Under the pieces are notes generated by a model. That model was not told the DNA's origin, ran no database searches, and worked only from the letters and a program-made list of their open reading frames with translations. Below, piece after piece: positions 1 to 10,475 of a stretch of DNA of 64,000 bases. Position 1 is the stretch's first letter, and each line of letters begins with the position of its first letter. Position numbers and translations under genes: made by a program. The DNA comes from Bugula neritina (Eukaryota; Animalia; Bryozoa), in contig OZ037770.1 in assembly GCA_964035545.1 (NCBI GenBank), forward strand, positions 4,558,662 to 4,622,661, written 5' to 3'.

Positions 1-500
1 AGTAAGAAAACTACTTTCTTATATTTATAATGACATCACATTGCAACATAATTGACTCAATCAACCGTATTGTGTAAAGCTCATTAGTAAAAAATCACTT
101 AGTAGATTATATAGTATGTTTGATTTAGGTAATTCAAGTTCTACTTTTAATTATTTTGAAATAAAAGATCTGGTTTTATATTGTAAACCGAAGAGGACAA
201 AAAAATTATTAAATATTGCAACTTTTTTTTTCATGCTCTCCTTTGGTTATCTATCTCCAATTCTCAGTGTAATAGAAGCCAATTTTTATCTTATTCCTGT
301 TCTCAAACAGCCTGTTAATATATTGTTTCATAATTAATTTACAATTCTAAATTACGAATCAACTGGCCTTTAAAGGTGCAACATGTTCCTGCAAGCCGAT
401 GACTTTCCAGAATTGTATTCTCTCATAGTGAAATAATTCACAACTTCTATTTCCTGTCTAGAAACTATAATACATTTATTAGGGTAATTAGTGAGAGGTT

Positions 501-873
501 GTGGCAGAAGTATTTTATTTTACTTGAAATTACTTTAATGCTTTGCGTAGATGTTTCAGAGCTGTACTGTGTTTCTATTTTATGATAAATTGCATGTATT
601 ATGGCACATAAAACAATATTCCTTATAATGATAACATCCATATAGTAGAATATCAGTGTGAACAGTTACTCAGTGATCAGAAGTGTCAGAAGTATTTTAT
701 TTTCACTTCACATTACTTTAATGCCTTATGCAGATGCCACAGAGCTGTAGCCTACCATGTTCCTATTTGCTGATAACTGTATTATGGCACATTATACTAG
801 GAATTTTCTACTCTGTGGTATAAAATACCATTCTTTCTAGTAGAATAACAGTGTGAACAGTTACTCAGTTATC
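501..873. repeat. Diverged tandem duplication (~180-190 bp unit x2), probably intronic
   Basis: Units ~501-678 and ~683-873 share ordered blocks 'cagaagtattttatttt', 'attactttaatgc', 'cagagctgta', 'tgtattatggcacat', 'tagtagaata', 'cagtgtgaacagttactcagt'. Confidence 0.8.
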
Positions 874-1258
874 TGCCATATAGAAAAAGATGATATATAG
901 TATTACATGTAGGTTGTTGTCTTTTATGACAGTACTTAGTACAGATGTAGCACTTTTCTTACCAAATATATACTTACAATTATACTGTTACATTATATAT
1001 CTTTATAAAATACTTAAAATGTTATGCATCGTATATAATATGATACTCGTACATAATCGTAACTTAGACATATTTGTTTTCTTTCCTTAATTAATGTACT
1101 AATTCAAGGTATTGTATATAAACTTGCTATAGTAACTGCAACTTAGTACTATATTATGTGTAATTATTGTTATACTAATATTGGGTATCTTTATGAAAAC
1201 TATTATATCAATTACCTGTATAGCTAGGTCTAATAATAGAAATATTATATATTATTAG

Positions 1259-3261
1259 AATACAGAAATTAAAGAAGTTACAGAAACTCACAATTTCAGA
1301 GAATAAATTCACCAGTCTCCCATCTTCAGTGTGTGCATTGAGTAATCTGTACACACTGGATATATCCGAGAACAGATCCATGACATCCTTGAACCCGGAG
1401 ATACTACAGCTAACACATCTTGGGTCTTTCCATACATATGGATGTGATGCTCTTAAATCTCCTCCACTAGAAGTCTGTAAAAGAGGACTGGATGCTGTGC
1501 GACAATACTACACAGACTTGGTTAAAGGCGCTGGTAGAAATCTTCCATTTGCGACAATAGTCATGCTGGGGAACACCATGGCAGGAAAAACCAGTCTAAT
1601 CAGAACATTACAGAGCACTGACAAGAAGAGAGTTCTGACTGACAGAAGTCCTAATGCAGAGTATGATGAAACTACAAAAGTGTTTATGGTGGAAGAGGTG
1701 GAAGTAAATGGTACAACTCTTCGTTTCATAGATATGGGAGGCCAGGAGGTCTACCATATCACATACCATTTAACACTGAGACAAAATTGCGTACCAGTAA
1801 TTGTAGTCAACATGGAGCAGTATGATAAGATTTCAAATGAGTCTACAGACAGAGAGGCTGTGAGAAAGTTGGCTTTTGACTTCATGTCTCACCTCTATCT
1901 CACTCATCCAACTCTTGGTCCGCCTACCCTTGTCTTCACACACAAAGATAAGTTTTCGAGTGAAATTTTCCAACAGCTTCGAAAAAAGTTTCTTGAAGTG
2001 TCTGAGCAGTTTTGCAAAAATATTCTTGAAGAAGAGAAAAGTTTAGAAGGTGACTTTGCTCAAATTCAACATTTCACTGAATCGGACGGAAAAGTGTTTT
2101 CCAACGACAACATTTATGAGGTTGGGAAATTTGACGAGTACAAGATATTTGAAAAAATCAAAAAATATCTTCTTAAAAGTTGCCAACACTTTGTCAAGTC
2201 ACTTCCAAATGTTTGGGAGGATGTCAACAACAACATTCTGTCCTTGCAGACTTCACATAACACCTTTGATGAATTGTTGGCTGTGATAAACGGAAAGCAG
2301 GATAACATTGAAGCAAAGCAATTGGATCTGATTATCATGTACATGCATGATTGTGGCAAAGTTCTCTGGTATAAACATATTGATGCACTCAGGCCATACA
2401 TATTTCACAAGATCACGGAAATAACCAAGCTACTCTGTGTCTTGTATCATCATGATCCAGATATCTGGCAAAGTAGAGTGGATCAGTTCAAGCCATATTG
2501 CTGCAAAGAAGGAGTGAGGATTGAAAAAGAAGATTTTGGAGATTTTGTGAATTCATTTAGAATCAACGGCTTGATGACGAAATCTCTTCTTGAATATTTG
2601 ATCAGAAAAGAAACTTCGTTCACTGGTGATAATGATGTCGAAATTGCTGTTTGCTTGCTCAGAACATTTCGTTTGTTGTATGGCCCTTTGAATATTGATC
2701 CTGAAGAGTCTTACTTCATAATCCCTCAGTTTGCCAAAGAATCTTACAGCCTCTCCTACACTCAGCCAAAGGAGCTGATGCTTCATACCGACACGCAGTT
2801 TAATGGTCTGGCATTACCGCAGCATGTCTACCATCAGATGACGGTTGGTTTGCTGGAACTATTTGCTGATGATTCTGCCACAATACAGGTAAAGAAAAAT
2901 GGAGCAAATGTCTATCAAGATAGAATATACACACAGCTGATACATGATTATGAATCTAGGAGAGTTTTACTCTACACGTCATCTGATGCAAGTAATATCA
3001 CCAAAGCGTGGGAAAAACTCATTTCAGTCAACAATAACATCCTCAGACATGTGATGGAAACTTGGACTGCTAGTCGCCCAGTCACTGCCTGCATCTGTGC
3101 TCACTGCCTACTGCTAGGTGTTCCGTGCCCTAAAAAGTCTATTCATCCTAAATGGTGTTTTCGCTCCCTGAAGAAACCTTCACCAGTTGTCAAGAAGTGC
3201 AGCGGATCTTCAACAATTTTGTGCAATAATGAGGAAATCCTAAGAGCTCTGATTTTCCCAT
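1259..3261 (+). CDS. Large exon: last LRRs + ROC GTPase + COR domain (MFHAS1/MASL1-like Roco module)
   Basis: LRRs (LKKLQKLTISENKFTSLPSSV; LSNLYTLDISEN), cap LKSPPLEVCKRGLDAVRQYY, P-loop GNTMAGKTS, switch-I T (DETT), G3 DMGGQ followed by Y..TYHL, G4 THKD, COR motif YMHDCGKVLWY, C-terminal CICAHC cluster. Acceptor AG 1257-1258, donor GT 3262. Confidence 0.9.
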
Positions 3262-6249
3262 GTATGTATCACTAATAGTGTTTATTACTATGTTTTTAAA
3301 AATTAAAACTTTTGCCTACCACATAAATTATTTTCATTACTACAAACTCTAAACAAAACCTGCTAATTTTTTTTTAAAGCTGAAAATATTCAAAGAAAAG
3401 GCATTACGTCTCGTGTAGTAACATTCTCGTAAGGGTTCTGCCGCAACTTATATTTTAGCCACCATATAAGTTGATTACAGTATACATAGGAATATGTGAG
3501 CTGGTTGTAGTATATGTAGACTGGGTACATTATATGTAATATGTGAGCTGGTTGTAGTATATGTAGACTGACTGTTTTATTTAGGTGAGGCGTTGTCTGA
3601 GACAGAAACCGATGAGCTGGTGAAGCTATTGACTCAACTCAAACTTCGTAAACAGCAGAATGATGCAACCAGAATTGGTATATCTTTATGATACTCACTT
3701 TATCAAAATCAGCGATCTATCAATGTAGAACTTTATTTACATTGAATAGAAATGTTTTTAAAAGCTGATTTTTTTGTCAAGCGATCAAGGAAATGGCAAT
3801 TTTGCATTACTTCTAATTTTCAAATCCTGGTATTAGCCAATAAAATCATGTGACTGCAGATGATGATGGTGATCTGAGTGATCTCTCTGATGATGACGAC
3901 AATCTGTACCCTGATAAAGAGAATGAGGAAAGCGTGAAGTTAATACAACCCAACCTAAAGACTACCAAAAACCTGAGGCTTAAGAATCTTTTCTCAAATG
4001 CTGAAAAGGTTGGTGTATTAGTTTAGGGTCATAGTTCCTGCCGTTTAAGCATATGTTCACCTTATTCTATGGATTCTTATGTTTGTATAACTTATTCTTA
4101 AACAAAACCTTATAAACACCTGCATTTGTATCAAACTGACACTATTTACTGTTAGCTCTATTATTAGGCCATGTCTGCCTTAAACACGTTTAACTAGACG
4201 TACAAATATGTTAACTATTACTATCATTCATTACAGTGTTTAGTATGCTATTCTAACTATATTTGTATCCAGGTGTTCAGTATGACCAGAAAGAGGGGGA
4301 AAGCTCTGATAATAAACAACAAGAATTTTGTTGAAAGACCGGATTTATGCAGGGAAGGTTCAGATGCTGATGTTGAGAATATGTCTGTCATGTTGAGATC
4401 TCTCAAGTTTGATGTTGAGACACACACAGACCTGACAGCAGAGGTATGATATTATTGTTAGACTGAAAGCAACAGTATTCAAGCGTAGTAGCCTATAGCC
4501 TTCAGTTTATTGAAATGAAACTTGACACTTGAAGCAATTGAAGCAATTGAAGCAATTGAAGCAATCATATGTGACTATTATTTCAGTTTATCAATATCAA
4601 AAATAAGGAGTGTATAGGACACCCAAAAGATGTTTTCTGCTGGTCACAATTTTGTTTCATTTTTTGCACATTTTGAAATAATTATTTCATTCAATTATCA
4701 TAACTTTGTATCAGATATTTAACATAGTTATTTTCAAATTTGCAGGAAATGCTGTCTGCTGTCAAGTCTGAGATAAGAATAGAGAAAAACAATGGCTTGG
4801 GCTGTCAAATACTGGTTATTATGACTCATGGTGGAGAAGATAACTGTATCTATGGAACTGACCTTGAGCAGGTCAACCTTACAGACTTCTATGATTTGCT
4901 CGCTCCTTTGAGTCTGAAGCCTAAACCTACAGTTGTCATCCTAGAAGCCTGCAGTGGAGGTAATCACCCGTTAAGTAAATAACAGTATTTGTCTCGTTTA
5001 GTTGAGTAGTTTCAGTAGCAGAAACATCTCTGTGACTCAGCCATTAAAATTGTATTTATTGACTGTTTTCTTTTAATCTGAATTATTATATAAATTTATC
5101 CCAATACTTCTGTTACAGTAAACATTGAGGTGAATCTAGACAGATCTGGTCTTGCAGCAGCTCAAGAAGAAGAAACTGAAGCTGTCTCTTCTACACACTC
5201 TGAATCTGATGATGATATTGTATATCCTGAAACACCCAGTGTAATAAGACCCATCAGACCTGTCTCACCACCAGCACCTAGAATAGAAGAGCGTTGGACC
5301 AGACTAGATGTTGATAATCTTCTTGTTCTGAAGAGTAACGTCTGCTGTAAGTGTATACTAAATATTGATTGGCTAGTTTTACATGTGCACAGTTGCAGTT
5401 ATTCAGCAAGTTGTCTCTCCTTTATCCAATCTTTTAAACTTGCCTTTAAAAAATTATATGCAAACACTGCTCATTAAAACTGAACAAAATTTTAAAATAT
5501 ACTGAGCTTGCTCTGATTACATCATGCTTTTGGCTGCATTTAATATTATTATAGCATCAAAGAGACATCCTGAGTATGGATCTCCTATGATTAGAGCTCT
5601 AGTATCTTCAATCTACAAACATGCCAGTCACCGTGATCTCTACACCATCTTTCAGCAGGTAAGTTAAAAGCTCAAACGTTTTTTTGCTATTTTAACTTTT
5701 ACGCCAGAAACTATTCGTCATCGTGGCATCTCTTCCATCTCCATGTTCAAACCATCATGCCATTTGAAAGAAACAATTTAAGCTGTTCTGAGTACAAGAG
5801 AAAGTCATTCAGTGCTTTACTTGTTTGAATTGTGGAGTTTAGTCTCTGTTGTTACAGTTTCTTTAGAGTAATGGCTCAGTACTATATTGATAGTTTCTCT
5901 CCTCTTTTAATATGTTCTTGTAGTCTGCTAATAACTGGTCTCATTTATTAAATGACATTACTGTAGCGGACAACTTCAAAAGTTTTACTACTCAGAATTG
6001 TTAAAGTAGGATACAATATTCTACCAGCTGGGAGTTGTACCTTATTACTTTTAGTAGTGAATTGATGAACAGTCTCACTAGTCATTACTTACTCTACAGG
6101 TACAGACTAAACTAGTGAAGAAACTCTATGCAGATGAAAATTCAGAGAGAAGCAGAAATTTGATTGTAATCTGGAATACTCTTCCTTACCGTAAAAGACT
6201 TCACCTGTTTCCTGGCTTTGATGGATTTGGTAAAGAGGCCAAATCTTAA
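1259..6249 (+). CDS. LRR-ROC-COR (Roco) protein fused to a C-terminal caspase domain; 5'-partial spliced gene, >=1036 aa
   Basis: Exons 1259-3261, 3585-3677, 3860-4008, 4273-4443, 4746-4959, 5119-5346, 5555-5658, 6100-6249. All introns are GT-AG with compatible phases (1,1,0,0,1,1,0), giving one open frame ending TAA at 6247-6249. LRR, ROC, COR and caspase motifs occur in order. The start codon and further LRR exons were not found in the window. Confidence 0.85.
4273..6249 (+). CDS. Caspase (peptidase C14A) domain exons of the Roco-caspase gene
   Basis: VFSMTRKRGKALIINNKNF...REGSDAD...LKFDV...DLT; catalytic His in ILVIMTHG (codon 4827); KP.VVILEACSG (Cys codon 4950); acidic linker; p10 DNLLVLKS...SKRHPEYGSPMIRAL...KHA...DL; terminal NTL..KRLHLFPG. 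Confidence 0.9.
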
Positions 6250-6814
6250 CTCAATACATGACTCTATTTGTAATTTGTACAACACTCAGTTTAGGTTTGA
6301 CTAAAATTCTGTGACCATTAAACCTAAACAGATTATAGTGAGTTTGTGTGAATGGGTAATGATTACTTGACAGTCAAATTATCTATCAAATATTTTTGAC
6401 TTTTGTATCTTATTTTGAGTATAGAGCTATATACTGATAACATTTACTTCTGTAGATTAGCTTGTGATGTCATTTCATATTGAATAATCATATTACATGG
6501 TATACGCTGTACTGTCATATTACAGGAATGATAAAATCAGTTTATTTGTGATTTTGTATGTTCTGCCTATATAGATTACTATGTTATAGTATTTAGTATA
6601 ATATGGTTGCAGTTGATTTTCTGTCTTGTAAAACAATAACCATTCCTGCTTATATGGTTTTTACTTGGCCAAATTTGTTATCATTTATACTTTGATGTGA
6701 CACTAAGCGCTGACTATGTTGTTTTAGCACATGTTTTAACTGCTATGCTAACATTATTATGATAATTTCAGTCGCTTGCTAATATCTATCAAAAATTGCT
6801 CTTTACATATTATC

Positions 6815-6820
6815 AATAAA
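6815..6820 (+). promoter_or_regulatory. Candidate polyadenylation signal of the Roco-caspase gene
   Basis: AATAAA ~570 nt after the stop, followed by T-rich sequence. The AT-rich context makes a chance match possible. Confidence 0.4.
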
Positions 6821-7039
6821 TTTCATTCAAATAATTTATGTAAAGATTTTTAATTGCTTTTATTATTTCAAGTCTGTAAAATTTTCATTTCAATAATCGG
6901 TGACTTAACTAACAAGTCCTTCATCTACAAACAATAGTTATTAAATCTGTCATTTTGTTATCTGCATCTGCAAACCAATCATTTCTAAAATGAGCTAATG
7001 AAATGATGACATCACTTTTTATTGAATGCTATTCAGACA

Positions 7040-8115
7040 TTTTGCGCAGATAGGGTTCATTAGTCTGTGCAGACAGCTCATTTCGGAGAAGGAAAACTCC
7101 GATCTCAAACCTCCTCTGTCTTGCGAGGATACTCAACCCAGAGGAAGGCTTGGGGAGTAAACCCCAAGGACAAATCAGGGGTTGTAATTTATAACTTCAT
7201 TCTGGCAGCTACTGCGACGGCGCTGGTGCCGAACTGCAACGACCTATAGCAGCCCTGCTTTTCCTTTGGATATGCCAGCGACGTGGAGAGGAATGAAATG
7301 TTTCATGAACAACAGCTTGTTCTCCATATGTTCAATGACCAGTATGCACCCACACACCATTATTTTTTTCTTACTGAAGAAAACACTCCACCTTCACCTT
7401 CTGTGTAGACACAACACTGGGAGCAGCAGATACAATTTATAAGCTGTTTCTCGATTGGCGTTGATCAGGACACCAGGGGTTACTTCCGTCCGTGGGAGAG
7501 GCTTTTAGATTTCATTGTATAGCTGCTGCTCGCCATAAGCTAGGCAGTTCCCAGCCAGTTACGTGCTTTTTTGCCACTGTCTGCTCTCCTCATTGGGTGC
7601 ATGGGAAATAGGAGACAACTGAACAGCAAACTGCAACAAAATAATGAAAACTAAACGACCAGCTCTTATATATATATTTGGATGTTGGAGCCTCTGTTAT
7701 ACCATGCTCATTAACCTATCCATCAACTTACAGGCATCAGAGACACATAAAAAATGCTATTATAAACAACGAACTTAAGAGATTAGGCCTCGACATCACT
7801 ACCAGTTCAATAAATGTGGTTAGCTCGTTGTGGCACTCTAAAATAAGCACTACTGTTTTTATGGTAGTGGCGGAGTTCTAATTAACCAAGAGTATACGGA
7901 GTTGGTTTTTCAGTGAAGGACAGATTCTTTAATATGGTAGAGCCATGTATCAACAGCTTAGAGGGACATATGACATTTTGCCTCAACACTACCAGTGGCC
8001 CTGTCAACCTTGACAGTGTATATGCTCCAACACTATCCGCCACACCAGATGACAAGGACACGTTCTATAAGAACCTCACAACCATCACCAGGACCATCTC
8101 CAGCACACAACAATT
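7040..8115 (+). mobile_element. RTE-clade LINE, 5' fragment (structured 5'UTR + N-terminal APE endonuclease), degenerate
   Basis: Broken frames give MKTKRPAL..GCW, KNAIINNELKRLGLDI, EYGVGFSVKD..., VNLDSVYAPTLSATPDDKDTFY...SSTQQ, typical of RTE endonuclease. The 5' boundary is approximate. Confidence 0.8.
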
Positions 8116-8284
8116 TGAAGTAAATTTGTGTCTGACACCAGGTGTCACTATTGACGGTAAATAATCTCACTTAACAATGAGGGTCGGAATAGAATTCCCT
8201 TGTGCGGAAAACTAATTAAACTATCTAATACTGTTTGTTGCCAAATTATTTGCTAATGTGATTTTAATATTTTCCAGTGACTGT

Positions 8285-8572
8285 TGATTTCTGGTGTTCG
8301 GTAACAGTGCTGAAGTGTGATAGGGACACGGCTATGGTTCGCCGATTTATATCACAGCAACTGTAGTCAGAGACAGTGACAGAAATCTGATTCCTGATGT
8401 TCGAATCGCAGAGACTCGACAGGAATTCCGCAACGCAAGAGAGTCACTACAGTGGAAAAATGATTTCTGGTGTTCGGTAACAGTGCTGGAGCGTGACAGG
8501 GACACGGCTATGGTTCGCCGATTTATATCACAGCAGCTGTAGTCAGAGACAGTGACAGAAATCAGATTCCTG
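8285..8572. repeat. Near-identical direct repeat (~112 bp, 176-bp period)
   Basis: 'tgatttctggtgttcggtaacagtgctg...gggacacggctatggttcgccgatttatatcacagc...gacagtgacagaaatc.gattcctg' at 8285 and 8461. Confidence 0.9.
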
Positions 8573-10475
8573 GGATTTGAATCACCGAGATTCAACAGGA
8601 ATTGCAGCGCAAGTAATCACCATTGACAAACCTATAGAAACTAACCACCACTATTGCCAACTCAATAGCAACCTAATCAAAGAGCAGAGTATTTCGCAAA
8701 GAATAAAATTTATTATATTTATAAGAGTCAATTATAAACATTACAGCAGGCAACAGTCGACTGACTGCTACTAAAAATTACAACTCTATTTATATCCATA
8801 TTACGGACGTCTTGGAGCACAAAACGGACGTCTTGGGGTACAACCAATTATTTACATACAAAAATTTTATAAAACTCAACAAATTTAATATAAAATTAGC
8901 ATTACAACTTGTATCAACCAATCACAATATATCAAAATTAGTTGACACAGCATAGTTAAGGTCATTCCCAGTGAAATATCATCTCATAATCTAGTCTCAG
9001 TTCCTAGTTGCTATTGCTCTGTGGGCGGCATGCGTATTGCCTACTTGTCATAATTTAGCATGAGATATAACAATTGCCAACAGACCATCAAATTAGCTAG
9101 GGCTGCACCTGTTTGCATTACAACCATCGCTACAATCTATTGAGCAAGTATGTGGTCATGGCAAGCCTCAGCATCACCTCATTATTATTAAAACAAGAGA
9201 CCAGTGGTTGGTTTCATGTGCAATGTACTTGATGTACAAAGGAAGATAATTTTTGTAACTTCTTTTTCAACTAACCATGTAAAACTCTTTCAGATTCTGG
9301 AAGCAAGCTAAATGCTAAAGCTAACTCAATATTTATCCATTTGCCTAGTCTAATAAAGTTGGTAATAATTACAGGCTTGACTACAACTTGACAAATAATT
9401 TAGAGATGCTCTTCTCTCAAAGCATACTGTTTTTATGCTAGACTAATAATCTATCTGTTCACTACCATTGACTAACTTGAAGTCAAAATTACCTTCATCA
9501 TTAAAATCCTCTTCTAGTTGCAAAAACACTTCTCATTGCTAAACTATTACAATCAGTTACAGACTCTGCACAATAGCTTAGAATAGTAAAGAGACTTGCA
9601 TATAGGTCAGATAGTCATGTGTGAGATTTTGTTGGTAGCTGTAATGATCAGATATGCAGAATTTTGTGTGGCCACTTTGAGTTTAGATGGTTTTGGTAAA
9701 GGATTTGATTGCTGCAAGTTTCTAATATAGCTAGTAGGTACTTTTGTGGTCCCATTGTACATTATTATAAGCATTAGACTGTGAGCCTGTGCTTTAAATA
9801 TAATATTCTATTTGCTCTCTGTTGTATACAGTCTAAACTTTAAAAGGCCCAATCAACCTTAAATTGCTTCTAGCTAAATGTCCAAAAGTTGGCTATGAGC
9901 TGTATCTTGTTGCCTTGCACTGAGAAATAAATTTGAGGGCAGCAAACAACTGGGCTCCTTTGTACTCCTGGCAGCTACTATCAATAGTTGGTTATCATAG
10001 CTGCGCAGTGTTCACTCAAGCATGATATCATCGGCTTGCTGTATACCAACTCAGAGCCAAGATTATCAACTATTTTATGTTTCTAAATTTAGCATTTAAT
10101 AGAAAAAGCTGCGTCTAGTTAGACTGACTGACGCTATGCTTGCCCGAGTGAAACACCCAAGATGAACAGTTTTAATCTTAGCTAGGCAAGAATTGAGAAT
10201 TTGAAGAGAAAACCTCCTTAAGATAAAAAAAGATGTCCACTGAATTCAGTTTTGTTTCCGGCCTGATAGGTGTCAGTTAATCAGCTCAGATATAACTAGC
10301 AATGCATTTTCCATTATTCTGATGCTGCAGTTATAATATTCCATAACAAGAATTGACTTAATAATTTAGGAATATGCAACAAATCAACCAGTTTTATTCA
10401 AGTTAACACCAGATAGCCATTGCTAAAAATCAAAACGAAAATCAGTGTGGATTTTCAAACATAATATAATATATA

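Noticed and set aside
116-337. 73-aa ORF as a 5' exon of the Roco gene
   Set aside because: No LRR pattern or convincing splice sites; AT-rich background ORF.
1329-3275. ORF-track 648-aa protein as a standalone gene
   Set aside because: It starts at a GTG inside an LRR exon and ends just past a splice donor; it is one exon of the larger gene.
3492-3570. 32-bp direct repeat in a Roco intron, and (GAAGCAATT)x4 at 4531-4565
   Set aside because: Ordinary local slippage duplications.
9682-9701. Short similarity to the caspase last exon (gatgg.tttggtaaag)
   Set aside because: Under 20 nt with no flanking similarity; compatible with chance.
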